Shown here: piece by piece, positions 11,658-24,535 of the stretch
How positions within the stretch are numbered: the stretch's first letter is position 1
Layout of the letters: each line of letters starts with the position of its first letter
Assembly (NCBI GenBank): GCA_965637545.1
Contig: OZ281501.1
Span: 19,530,001 to 19,594,000, forward strand
Length of the DNA stretch: 64,000 bases
Reading direction: 5' to 3'
Source: Phallusia mammillata
Taxonomy: Eukaryota
Notes under the pieces: model-generated
The model's input: the letters and a program-made list of their open reading frames with translations, nothing else
Databases searched by the model: none
What the model was told of the DNA's origin: nothing
Translations under genes and position numbers: made by a program

Positions 11658-14600
11658 ATGTCAAATACAAAAGAGGAAGCTGAAGATGTAAAAGATGAAA
11701 AAAAGAAAAAGAAAGAGAAGAACCTGATTTCTTCAAAGGTATTTAGTGGCAGAGATAAGCTGTGCACAATTTCTGATTTTTTAAGTTGTTTAAATTTTTG
11801 GGATCTTGAAAATAACTTGTTGTGTAAATCACCACTTCCCAGCCGGTGGTAGGCTGCAAAGCATTAACTTACAGAGCAGTTGCAATTGCCAGTGTTTTTG
11901 TAAATGATCTTTATAGTTTATTCTATATTTTTTTGTTAATGCAGAAGTTGTTGGTGATATACAGTCTACTATGCACAAACAAGCCAGAAATTAAAGCTTT
12001 GTTACAAATCAAACATCAATATAGATTTTTTAACTGTCCTTGAGAAAAATGAATGAACCTTTTGCTAAGTTGGAATTTTATAGGCAAACATATACATTCT
12101 GTGTACGTTTTTTTCTGTAAATCCAATGGTGGTTTGAAAAACAAAATCTATTTGAAATTGTGGTTGCATGCTGAAAGAGGTTAGAAAGTATTGTTGCAAG
12201 TGGTGAAAACATTTTACCAGTAGTTTTTCTTCTTGTGCAGGTTATAGTTCGTCGATTACCACCCGGATTCACACAAGAGGAGTTTTTGAAGGTTGCTGAC
12301 CCCGTTCCTGATCACGATTATTTCCGATTCGTTCCTGGTGATCGCACGTAAGTCCTCGCCTGCAAAGAAGTTTGTTCCAACCCAACATGTCATACAAACT
12401 TGTTTTGCAGGTTGGCACCGAATAATTTTTGTCGGGTTTATATTAATTTTACGAATGTGGAGGAAATTGTAAAATTCAGAGACAAGTTGGATGGTTTGGA
12501 AATTGACAAAAATGGTCAGTTGGTTTTTTTATTCATTACAAAAAAATGTTGGTCTTTAAAATAAAGTTGTCAAAATGTGCAGGACACAGGACTCAATGCA
12601 TCGTGGAGTTTTCTCCATTTCAAAAAGTTCCCAAGAAGTTGAAAAAGAAAGAAGACCCAAAAGTGAACACAATCGAACAAGGTAACTTAAAAATTGTTCC
12701 AAACTTATTCTGAATTGGGGTCAGTGATTTCGGTTACTTAACATCCCATTCCCAGGGTTAAACATTCTCGACACCAGATTAGTGTTTTCCATTTTTGTAA
12801 ATTTTGTAGATCCAGAATATGTGAAGTTTGTTGAATCTCTTGAAGAAGATGATGAAAAAAATATTCTCGATGTTGAAAAGTATCTCGACGAGTTGGAGAA
12901 ACGAGACAAGCAGTACAGCAATGCTGTCGACACCCCACTGACCACTTACATCAAACAAAAACGAGAGGAGAGAAAGGTTCATGGGCTGCATGTGTAGCAG
13001 AATACAGTTTTAATGCTCTGTTTCTTTCTAGTTTGACTAATCGGTGTCAAAAAATTGCAACACAGCTTATGTATGGGCTTTGTTTAAACAATATTTTTTA
13101 CACAGAAATTGAGAGAAGAACGCAAACGACTTGATATTGAACGACGCAAGAAGAAAGATGAAGAGCGTAGAAGGAGACGAGAATTGGAGAAAAAGAAACG
13201 AATTGAAGCTGAAAAAGCTCGAAAGAAAAAAGAGGTATTTGTTTGGTAACCTATTACATGTAAGAGAGTTTACTGAATCGCCCTTATTTTGGCTTGTTGC
13301 ACTGAACTAAGGCAACTTTCTATGCTAAAGGTCGTGTTTTCTGGTGGGCTGCAAAGTATTCTAAAGTTTTTGTACGGACAGTGCTGTTGCAAAAGCCAGA
13401 GTTTATATGGACAAACGTTTCAAGTTTACAGCTGCGTGTCAGCAAAGTTGCTCACTGGCAGACATATCTAGACCTATCTACTGCCTACTATGTATAAGCA
13501 TGCAAGTTACAAAACAAAGCTTGGTTATGAAACAGTTGTCAATTTTGATGTCACAACAGGAATCTTCAAAGAACTGTATGGTTCTTTGTGTTAAAAGAAT
13601 TTTACACATAACTTTTTTGGGAAAATATTGGTTGCCTAGAAAACAAAATATTTTTGGAAAGTGGTTTGCAAACTGTTAACATTGGAAGTACTGTTTTTAG
13701 TATTGTTGGGTTGTTTAATGTTTGTGTGTGTTTTTTGTTTCGTATTCATGGTTCCAGTTTGTGACTATCACATTTTGTACCGGCACAACATAAAACCCAG
13801 CACCAGTGTCCTGAACAACTTTGTTTTTCGACAGAAAGTTCTTAATGGTTTGTTGTTATTCAGGTGAATGGAACTGATGACCCAAAGAAAAAGACTTTGG
13901 CTGAAACAATGAGGGAGGCAAATGCACGACCAAAATCATCCCATGATGATGATGGGAAAATGAAGGTAACAAAACATATAATGCTGCAAAAATGACCAAT
14001 GTCTCCAAACATACAAAACATAATTACTGTGTCACTATTTCATGCACAGACTGTCAACTTATCTTATCAGTCTCAGTTACATATGCACGAGTATACAAGG
14101 TTTGTGTTAAATGATTTTGGTGTGTCTATAATTTTGTAACCAATTATTTAATGTGCAGAAAAGGTCAAGCTTAATTTAAATGAAAAAAAGTAAAATTTGT
14201 TGTTTGTGCAGATTCTCCAAAAAGATGGTGTTGATGCGAAGAAGCAAACTTTATTAAAGGTATGTTAAAATTCCACTTGTTTTCTTCACCTTTGTAATGT
14301 TTGTTTTTGCTAAATCAAGCATGTTGCAGTTGAAAGGTTTTGTGAGTAATTGAGCAATATGTGTAGGAGTTTCGGGCTGGAGTTTTTTCGCATCTTGACT
14401 TGGAAACTTCGTGGGCAGATAGTTTTAATCAGGAATGGCCGCAGTTGTTTGAGGTAATTCAGTTAGACGAGTGTTTAGAAGCCAGAATAGTTAGATATGA
14501 GGTGTGTACTTGCAAGGGCAGGTTATGTTAAAGCAGACTAAAGGTGAGCTATGTGTAAGTTGTTACTACTGTTAGAATCCACAATTGCCATGCATTGGAA

Positions 14601-15309
14601 AGCTGCAAGTATAATTAGTATTCAGTGAGTGAGACTAAATTTTACACAGAACGACATGAAAAAGTTTAAAGATTATTAACCGATAAAAGAGGATAATACT
14701 GTTTCATTAAATATAATTTTGTTGATGAATAAAGATTTTGAATTTTTTGTGGTTTACAAATTTCAATTTAGGCAACGACCAACAATGAATCGGCAAGCAA
14801 ACCTGACAACCACAAGGAGGCGAGGAAGAGTCAAACACTAAAAGAGAGCGCTCCTCCCCCGCGCTGGAGGAACGAGGATGGGAAAAACGAAAAATATCTG
14901 GAGAGTGGAAAAAGAGATGACAAGCATGGGAAAGGGAGCACCAACAAAGTGAGCTCTTTGGTTTGGTCCTTCATCACCACATGAAGTTCGCTGTTTGTTT
15001 AATTGTTCCTTTACATCAGTGGTCGGCAACCACCGGTCCGCGAGGAGTTCTTTCCCGAGCCGTTTGTTGTCATTTATTTTGTTTCGGCATCAATAATTCA
15101 ACTTTGCATGACTTAATTCCAAACTCTTCTTTGCATCCATTTATATGTCAACTTTTGTTTAGAAACCCGACCGTCAGATTTACCGACCTTCATCGCCTCG
15201 AGGTCGTGGCTCTTCACATCGACCAGGATCGGGCCGAGGAGGAACCAGACCACAGAAATACAGCGAACAGCGGAACCGAAGTGCCAGGAAAAGTGAGGCC
15301 GACCAATAA
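11658..15309 (+). CDS. UPF3: Nonsense-mediated decay factor UPF3 (UPF3A/B pro-orthologue), about 10 coding exons
   Basis: The RRM-like exons 12241-12347, 12411-12514, 12583-12681 and 12810-12976 give KVIVRRLPPGFT..PDHDYF, VEFSPFQKVPKK and TIEQDPEYVKFVE. Lys/Arg/Glu-rich coiled-coil exons follow. The last exon (15163-15309) begins KPDRQIYRP, resembling the EJC-binding motif. Confidence 0.88.
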
Positions 15310-16050
15310 TGTGGAACCGACTTGTTCCAGAGCACTGCAGGTGGTTGTTGATTGAAGAGAGGTGAAGAATAAGGAGGCTTCCTCGCCCTGTAGACCGGGG
15401 TATCGAGCAATGACTCTCAATGATGGATGTTTTTACTTGATCATACAAGAAAAACAACTTGTTAATAAAGCTCTGGCATTATATATCTAGTAGAGTGGAT
15501 AATTGCATCTCTTGGCAAATCCAATTAACATACTTTGGTGATTTCGTATATTTTGCAGCTATATTGTTTTAATTTGTTTTGTTGTTGATTTCTGTTGGAA
15601 TAATCTGAAATACAAGTTTGCTGGGACAGAAATCCGCTAAACATGAAATGAAACGTTATATTGCGTACATTTGGAGGTTTGTAGCAGACACAATCGGTTA
15701 AACATGCTTCACAGGACTCATTGAAAACGAAGATTTTCCGCAAGCATTTGTTTTATATATTAGGTATGTTTTGATTTAAAAAAACTCGAATTTGCGGGGG
15801 ACGTTTTTTATGGGAAATACAAGGTTTGATGTCAGTTTCTTCACGTTAGCTGCAAAATGAGAGAAACATATCGAATTCAAGACATGGTAAATGTAGACAC
15901 AAAGGTCGACAGGTCAGGTGGATTATTATTTTGCGACGTTATTACAAATATAGAGAATCCAAACGTATAAGCTACAAAGCAGCAAAATTTTACGATTTTT
16001 TTATTTTACGACATAAAAATAATAGGCTATTGCTGCCAGGCATAATGTAT

Positions 16051-16360
16051 AACAAAGTATTGCTCAAAATTCTTATATAGCGACAAAGTGCAAAACACAC
16101 ACAAAAAATAGCGATAAGAAGATCGCGCGGCTGCAAACTCGCACCACGCAATGATAACACAACTCGTGCTGTAATTGCGTGGTGCGAGTTTGCAGCCGCG
16201 CGATCTTCTTATCGCTATTTTTTGTGTGGGTTTTGCACTTTGTCGCTATATAAGAATTTTGTCCTGCAAGTTACGTCATTATCCTGATGAAGGCGTCTTG
16301 TATAGGACGTCGAAACGTCGATTAGTTATAATAAAACTGCTGGATGAGCAATACTTTGTT
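16051..16360. repeat. Fold-back inverted repeat (87-bp arms, one mismatch) with an 85-bp insertion in the right arm
   Basis: 16066-16152 is the reverse complement of 16174-16260 at 86/87 positions. The outer 15 bp (16051-16065) pair with 16346-16360. Confidence 0.9.
16281..16322 (+). ncRNA. Minimal type-I hammerhead ribozyme-like motif (Penelope-type)
   Basis: The sequence is atc-CTGATGA-a-ggcgtctt-gtat-aggacgtc-GAAAC-GTC-gat. It has the conserved core, an 8-bp stem II with G:U pairs, a palindromic ACGT stem III, a GUC cleavage triplet and a 3-bp stem I (atc/gat). Confidence 0.55.
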
Positions 16361-16572
16361 TTTAAAAATAATAGTTCGTACATTTCTATTGCACTGATCC
16401 GACTTCACATTCTCGGTCATCCGAATTCCGGACATCAATTGTTTTGGTTTTAGTTGCTTACTTGCTTGGCCTTGTTTTATATTTCCAACTTTACTTTATG
16501 CGAAGTTTTCTAGTTTTTTGAGTAACATACCAGCAGGTTCTTGTGGTGAGTGTGCTGGGAAAAGTTTAAGTG

Positions 16573-18859
16573 ATGGCGGACGGAGGTTCAATGCAACTCG
16601 ACCTTGAGCAAGGATACAACGCATTAGGTAACTACAGGATCGAAAAAAAGATTGGAAAAGGACAATTCAGCGAAGTCTACAGAGCAATATGTTTATTAGA
16701 CAACAAACTTGTTGCCCTAAAGAAGGTTAAGGTAAGGAACAAATTTTTGTGCAACTTAAAACTCAAAAACTGTTCGCATAAAAAATATCATTATAATATA
16801 GTTGGTGTTTTACTGTTTTTATAATTTCAGATCTTTGAGATGATGGATGCTAAAGCTCGACAAGATTGTATCAAGGAAATTGACCTGTTGAAAGTAAGTT
16901 TGATGGAAGCTAGAGAATAATTAAAATTTGTGTTAAATTAAACTAAATAACCTTTGTTCACAAAACTTTATGTTGGTTGTACTTGTCATGCCCCATTTGT
17001 TGGTTTAATTGTTGTTTATCTCAACAAGCATGTTTTTTCCTATTTTGACAATTTCAGCAACTCAATCATGGGAATGTGATTTGTTACCTTGCATCGTTTA
17101 TCGAGGAAAATGAGTTGAACATCGTGCTGGAGCTCGCGGATGCCGGAGATCTCAGTCGGATGATCAGGGTAAAATCATTACTAGTTGAGTAAACAGGAAT
17201 TAACCAACTAAAAATGATTTGTGCATCTGCAGCATTTCAAGAAGCAAAAGCGACTTATTCCTGAACGAACCATCTGGAAATATTTTGTCCAGCTTGCCTC
17301 AGCTGTTGCTCACATGCATTCAAGAAGGTAGATTTGCTCAGTGCATTGCTTTACTTTGTGGATGTCCAGCTTAATTAAAGGAATATTGTTGTCCATCTGA
17401 TTTTTGAGTAAGGATAAAGAAAACATCATATTTGGGATTTTGGGCTTGAAATGTGTTTCTTCAGAACAGAGTTTTATAAGTCATGTAAAGTATTTGACAG
17501 CTTATGTTCCGATCTGAAATCTATTTTGGCAGTCGGTCACAGCAAGGACACCGAAAAACACAGCCTAACGAGTCTGGGTGTGTTCTGCCATAAGATCAGA
17601 CACTGCACATATTTCTTGCAAACATAATTTTCAGTTAACCATCAAATGTAGCAGACCACTCCTCTACGACCACAGCTTAGCTGAACAAAATAACAATTTA
17701 AATGTTTTTGTTTTTCAGAGTAATGCATCGCGACATCAAACCCGCCAACGTTTTCATCACAGCTCAGGGAATTGTTAAACTCGGCGACCTGGGGCTTGGA
17801 AGATATTTTTCATCAAAAACAAGCTTTGCACAAAGTTTAGGTAACTTGTCTGCAACATAAAAGTCAAATTTTAAAACAGTAGCAAGTGATATATGTGTGC
17901 TTCATTAAAAAGTGTGAATTTTGTCTACAACTGTTAAACTTGTCTTATTTATGTAGCATGTATGTAGAGCAGTGATTCTTAAACTAGTGTGTCACAAAAG
18001 ATTTCCCAGTGTGCCGCGAAATATTCCCTGTTTTAAAGTGCAAACAATTTCTGGTAATTTAGGGCTCACTGATGAAGTACTGGTGTGCTTGACAAAGTTT
18101 CAGAGCTCATATTTTAGTAATAAGTTGTGGGTTGAATATAACCCCACTGTGTGTTTTAACTTTATCAATATGTTGTTGTAGTTGGGACTCCATACTACAT
18201 GTCACCGGAGAGAATTCATGAAAATGGCTACAACTTCAGATCTGACATTTGGTCTCTCGGATGCTTGTTGTATGAGATGGCTGCCTTGCAATCCCCATTC
18301 TATGGAGATAAAATGAATCTCTATGCTCTGTGCAAAAAGATTGAGAGTTGTGAATACCCTCCCCTGCCAGCTGATATCTACTCTGATGAGGTTTGTGTGA
18401 TATTAAGTTAAAATCATATTTCCTAAATCTACTAAAACCACAAAAGAGTATGCAGTATATGCATTACAACCTACCAGTGCAAGCATGGGCGGCGGCGGCA
18501 AAAATTTTTCCAAGGGGAGGCAAAAAATATATGTAGTCGCTTTGCGTCAACGATAAAAAATCTCTGCACAGCCACGCAACTATGTACCATTTTGTCCCCC
18601 TCTTACCCCTACGAGCCGGTGCCTAAAAGGCTTCACTTAATGTCAACACAATGTAGGGCCTAAGTGGTTAAAATTCCAACTAAAATTTAATCTTTTGTTG
18701 AAAATAACTTCATGATAAAAAAAAAGTTTTTGTTTTCCGTTTCAGCTTCGCAATCTGGTTGCGATGTGTATCAACCCTGACCCTGACAAGCGACCAGAAA
18801 TCCAATACATCTTCACCGTTGCCCAAAACATGTACGAAAAAACTAAACCAGAAACCTGA
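16573..18859 (+). CDS. NEK7: NIMA-related kinase NEK6/NEK7 pro-orthologue, 7 coding exons
   Basis: [106 protein letters not shown] and [10 protein letters not shown]. The sequence alone cannot separate NEK6 from NEK7. Confidence 0.93.
18486..18660. repeat. GC-rich repeat-like insert in the last NEK6/7 intron
   Basis: An abrupt GC-rich start (ggcggcggcaaaaatttttccaaggggaggc) in an AT-rich intron, which is typical of DNA-element ends. The family was not identified. Confidence 0.3.
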
Positions 18860-19782
18860 TTCTTCAAATTTCAGCTCTTCAATAAATTTACCACTGTCAC
18901 AAGAGTGATAGAAAATATGTCTGATTTTTTTGCTTTTTGCCTTTTTTTGTGGCTTTATCAGTATGAACTTTGCATTGTTTACTTTTGACGTTCGAACTTA
19001 GAAATGTTATGATTGTGTTTTAGTTTTACTTTTAGATTTTATGTTTTCACGTAACTTTTCACATTATCCAAATTCATATACGTCTGTTTTTTTTACTTTT
19101 TGCAACTTAAGCCCCAAAATACATGCTGCGTCGTAAAAGTTTTTGCAATCCTTTACATTTAACACCACAAAAGTTTTAAACCAAAGCATTCCAATTACAA
19201 AACTTTAACAAATGACCAAGTTTTTTTCTACCTACCTGTGGTGCTTTTGTAGTTTTTGTATATTACTGTAATGATACCAAATGTTTACGTGTAGTTCATA
19301 TATAGTACTTTACCAATGTGCACTTTGGTGTGTCAGAATAAAATTGTACTTGGCTTTGCGCTGTACCTGTGTACCTGTTTGTAAAAAGGTTTTGGTAGTT
19401 GCCTGTCCAGGGGTCAAACTCAACGACAATATAGCAAATCCTAATTCTAAATAATCTGGCTGATCGAAATCTTGCGGCAAGGTAAATATGTTAGCGGAAT
19501 TGTGTTACTAAAGCGAAATTAACTGGTGAAGGGTAAATTGTGTTTGATGCTAATTTTGTCAAGGACAACTGTATTTTAACTTACATTATTGACAAATAGT
19601 GTGAATTTACAGTAATAAAAACTTATGTTTGCTTTGTTGACAACCTGAAAGACAGCTTTTCGAAATTAATTTTGTGGTTTCTTTTGATAAAGTTTAAGTC
19701 CCCAAAATTAAAAAATAATTTCCCACGGTCCGGGGTCATGACCCGGCATGTGCGGAAGACCGAACTAAACGAAACGAATTCG

Positions 19783-19792
19783 TTCCTTTCCC
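19783..19792 (+). promoter_or_regulatory. TCT / 5'TOP-like polypyrimidine initiator of RPL5
   Basis: ttcctttccc lies about 75 nt upstream of the RPL5 ATG. An ETS-like gcggaag (about 19752) and a palindrome gggtcatgaccc lie just upstream. Confidence 0.5.
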
Positions 19793-19862
19793 GATGTGAA
19801 ACCCCAAGACCGAGGCTACCTGAAATTGTGTCCCAAGTTAATGCTTTAACTGGTCCTTAAAC

Positions 19863-22800
19863 ATGGTACGTTACAAATCGAAACCGTGCTGAAGTCAATC
19901 CATATAATATTCAGCAACAAAAACTTTTAAGGAGAGACTTCTTTGCGATGTAATCGTTGTGATTTAATCGGATTACTAAAATGACTTGATTTGTTTGTCT
20001 GCCAAGTGATAGCAGATCATCGATTACATTATAGAAACCGTAGTGAAAACCGTATTTATTTTGGTATTTTTCTTCAGGGATTCGTAAAAGTTGTGAAAAA
20101 CAAGGCTTACTTCAAGCGATACCAAGTGAAATATAAACGGCGACGAGAGGGTAAAACTGACTACTTTGCCCGTAAACGTCTCGTGGTTCAAGACAGGAAT
20201 AAATACAACAGTCCAAAGTATCGCATGATTGTAAGGTTTACAAACAAGGACATTATTACTCAGGCAAGTTGTTTAAAACAATGAAATCTGTAAAATAATA
20301 ATAGAACCGAAGTTTTTGCCACAAATCTGTAAAATAATAATAGAACCCAAGTTTTTGCTCTGCGCAATTTATGAAAGAAAACTGTCCTATTTTTTTTTAA
20401 TTGTCTTAATTTTAAACCAATCCTATTTATATACATTTTACACCCAAACTACTGCCTTACATCTGAAAAATTGGTACATACTTATTTACTTTTTCATAAT
20501 ATTTGGTACAATACAAAAACATATTGAGGCACTTTGAGTTTAACCTGATTATAAATTTGCAGATAGCGTATGCTCGTATCGAAGGAGATGTGGTTATATG
20601 TGCTGCATATGCCCATGAACTTCCCAGATACGGAGTCAAGGTCGGGTTGACCAACTACGCCGCTGCGTACTGCACTGGTCTACTTCTCGCACGTCGGGTC
20701 AGTATTTGTTTTTCAATATTTTTCTTGTGTGTCAAAAGAATGTGCTAATAGCTATCTTGTACTGATGTCTATTTGGGCGACTGCATTATGCCGTTTAAAA
20801 ATTTCGGGAAACTACCATTTCATATTTACAACTAAACATGGGCCATTGTTTTAGCTGTTGAACAAGTTTGGCTTGGACAAGATTTATGAGGGACAAACAG
20901 AAGTTGATGGAGATGATTTCAATGTGGAGGATGTTGATGGACAGCCTGGTGCATTCAGGTATTTGGATTGTTTGTTTGTTTTTTTGGTTGTTGCCAAGTG
21001 TGTGGAAACTAATACAAAATCGCTAGTTTATTTTACACAAATGGTACTAAATTGCATGTAATTTGGAGAGTTTGTTAGCATGCCATTATGTTGTATTTAT
21101 GGCTCTTTTTCCACAACTGGTCAATCAGTGTGAAGCCAGTAACCAAATGTTGGTAATTTTTTGTGAACTGCTTGGCCGGTTAGTTTGTACAATATGTAAT
21201 ATGTAATCCAATGTACAGTAATGTGTATGGTAAATATATGTCTCTTAAAACGGGTATGTCATGGTAATATGTTTTAGTATTTTTTTCACTTAACTTGTTG
21301 TTTAAAACATTATACTTTGTTTAAATTAGGTGATCAATAGGTTTACAATCAAAGCAGTGTTTGGTGCATAAATATATTTGCGACTGGTCAATGTGTTTGT
21401 TGTTAAAATTGATCTGGATTTGCATAGTTGTATTTTAGCTTGTTATAACACTTTGTGTTAAAACTTCATTTTGCAGTTGGCTTCATTTGCAAACAGTGTA
21501 GATGTGTGGCATCAGATTTTCCAACAGTACCAAGCATTTGTGCTTTTAGTTTCGGTACATATTTATTATCTTGAAGTAAAATGAACCTTTTTATTTTGTT
21601 TACCTGCAAAACATTGTTAAACAAATCAATAAACTACTACATGTCAATAAAAACATAAAAATGTGATTAAGTGATTAAGTGGTTATTGTCTTGGCTTCTT
21701 CACAGCAGCAGATTACTGCCGGTTAAGTTACATGTACCAGGTTTACTTGTTATGAACTACCTCTTTATATTTGACATGAATAAAACTCATCAAATGATAC
21801 TTACGTTTACCATCCAGCAAAACATAGTTGTTAAACATTAAGCATAGTCAGCTTTTACCTGTATGTAACTGAAACTGTGTTAAACGGTCATTGTCAGCTT
21901 TCACATTGCACAAAATAAAAGGGTACTGCAGTTCAACTTATATATATGTATTACAATTGCATTGTTATGATGGAGATCTTTGCTGTAAGCTCACTTGTTG
22001 ATCTGTCCGTGTGTTTACGTTTTCTTAAAGCTTGACTAAAAGCTAAAGGGCATTGGGTATATTTTTATCTGTTTAAATGGGAACAGTTTTGCTACTAAAT
22101 ATATTTTGATGGTCAACAAACGGTTGTTTGTGCAGAGCTTACCTTGATATCGGCTTGGCTCGAACGACCACTGGTGCAAGGATATTTGGTGCCATGAAAG
22201 GAGCTGTTGATGGAGGTTTGGATATTCCTCACTCCAACAAGAGATTTCCTGGTGCGTTCTGCTGCTATGTTGCGACATGATAATGTCGTGTGATGTTTAC
22301 TGTGTAGTCTGCTTTGTTTACTGTGGCTTTGTAGCAAGCACCTTTATCATTTGAATGGTGTTTATCAGAAAATGCTTTGTTCTTGTGAAAGCATTGCCAC
22401 ATAAATGTGGATGTGCTGCTCTTTTATAAATAATTGGTTCTATCATATATATTACCCATTTGTGATGTACCATTGACAACGAAATCTTATTTAGTGATTT
22501 AACTTTTTCATGCAGGTTATGATTCCGAATCGAGTGAATTCAGTGCTGAGGTACATAGAAATCATATTTTCGGACAACATGTTGCAGAATACATGAGGAG
22601 TCTGGAAGGTGATGATGAGGATGCTTACAAGAGACAGGTCGGTGGTTGTTTATCATTATCATGGGTCGATGATGTGTAGACCAGGATTCTTAAAATGTGG
22701 TAAACCACAACCTTTTGGGTTGTGCAGGCATAGCTTTCTGGTACTCAATCTAAGTCAGGTCCAAAATTGCTATTCAAGAAACCCAACATGGTTTCAGACA

Positions 22801-23926
22801 TCCTGGTCAAGAAAAAAATAGGCTCTCGGTGTAGCAATTCAAACATAGTTCAGTAAGCAAGGATAGAAAGGCTTTAAGATCCTACGCGAACCATATTAGG
22901 TCGAGAACCACTGAAGTAGATTGTTGCAGCTACAATAACACATGATTTGACTGTGTAGAAATAACAAGCATTTTGATACTGTGTAGAAATAAAACCTGCA
23001 TTACCTATATCATGTTGCTTATGTTTGAGTGTAGACTTCTTTTTCTATTGTTCAAAGTAGGTTTCTTTCCTTGCATTTACTTTTCTATTTTGTGCTGAAA
23101 TTGATTAGGTTTTCACATATGACTTGCAACCACAAATTTGTTTTAATTTGTCCAGTTTTCCCAATTCATTAAGAATGGTATAACTGCCGATAATGTGGAG
23201 GAAATGTACACAAAGTGCCATGCTGCAATTCGCGAAGATCCAACACCTAAACCGAAAGTTGACAAGCAGGTCACCAAGAGAAGGTGGGAAATCTTGATGT
23301 GTATTTTAAACTTGAATCCCAACAATTTTAAGCTTAAGTCGAAACAATGAGGAGAAATAATCTTTTTAACTTCATTCTTCGACCAACTGTCCAATTTTTT
23401 GCTATTGTTTTCAAATGATTTTTAGGCCATGGTTTCCATGTATTCTAAAAATTAAACCAACCTAATGTGTTTTATATTGTCATAGTTTATTTATTTGACT
23501 TGGTACAAAATTTAATTCACGAAATGATTTTCAGGTGGAACCGTAAGAAAATGTTGTTTTCAAACTTAAACCCTGGTTTCTGTGTTTAAGATTTCTATGT
23601 GACCCAATTAAATTTCTAAGCAGATTTTAGTTCAAACAGTAAAGAGAAATAATTTTGCTTCATTCATCGACCAAACTGCCTGATTTTTAGTGTATTAACG
23701 ACTTTCAGGCTTTGTTTTTTATGTTCTAAAAAAATTGAAACTAAACTTTACTGTGTGTCATGTATTGACATATTTTTTCTATTTGTTAAAAAATTTTTGG
23801 TTTTTAATTTACGAAATGGTTTTCAGGTGGAACCGTGAGAAAATGTCCCGCGCCCAAAGAATGGACAGTGTCAAGCAGAAGAAAGCTTCTCACAAACGAG
23901 CACTGGAGGCCGCTGGTGACAACTAA
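19863..23926 (+). CDS. RPL5: 60S ribosomal protein L5 (uL18), 8 coding exons
   Basis: Exons: ATG only at 19863-19865, then 20078-20263 ([29 protein letters not shown]), 20563-20697, 20855-20958, 22136-22251, 22516-22637, 23156-23283 and 23827-23926. Intron 2 is GC-AG. Confidence 0.96.
22687..22915. mobile_element. Degenerate hAT-type MITE in RPL5 intron 6
   Basis: The left end caggattcttaaa is degenerate; the right end is gagaaccactg, matching the CAGTGGTTCTC-type terminal repeat seen elsewhere in the window. Confidence 0.45.
23330..23845 (+). repeat. Diverged ~290-bp tandem duplication of the RPL5 last intron 3' end plus acceptor
   Basis: cgaaatgattttcag|gtggaaccgtaagaaaatgt at 23535 versus cgaaatggttttcag|gtggaaccgtgagaaaatgt at 23827. 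The upstream intron segments are also similar (gagaaataat...cttcatt..tcgacca). Confidence 0.8.
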
Positions 23927-24433
23927 CAGCTTATTGTGCGTCACAAATGAGCCTGCAAATATTTGTGTATGCAATAAAAATATCACAAACACAACTATGC
24001 GTGTGTTTTGTTAGGGTAGAACAGGCTCTAAACTGTCGTCCTCCTGGTGTGGTGTTTCGTATAACACCACAAACCAAAGCATATTATGCCAAGACTCAGC
24101 TGCTACAACACATTTTGGTAATGACGGTGGCACAGCTGATTCTTTTGCATGTATTTCTGTTCTGTATTATTTTTGAAGTAAATAACGTAATTGCAATATG
24201 TGTCTAAAAAATCTTACTCTACCAGTATTTTTTATACTTACATAGCCCTCTATCTTGGCTTAATATTCTGCTTTTAACTAAGAATGTAAATATTTTTGTG
24301 GATTAAACGATTAATATCGTTTTGATAAGCTGCAGAAGTGGCACGGTCTGTTTCGACCAATTAAACCTCAGTTCAGCTGGTGACAAGACATAGGTCGTAT
24401 TGGCAAGTGTAGCCATCTAACCACACTCCAGTT

Positions 24434-24535
24434 TGTAGGTTCCCAACCTTTCGTGGACCATGGCCCCCTTAAAGTAACTTTTTGGCCTCGTGGCCCCCTT
24501 CAAGTAACCCTGTAGGACCTGGTTGGGAACCACTG
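24434..24535. mobile_element. Short hAT-type MITE
   Basis: Ends ..ggttcccaacc and ggttgggaaccactg, with flanks ctccagtt / ctctagtt as a near-identical 8-bp target-site duplication. Confidence 0.6.
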
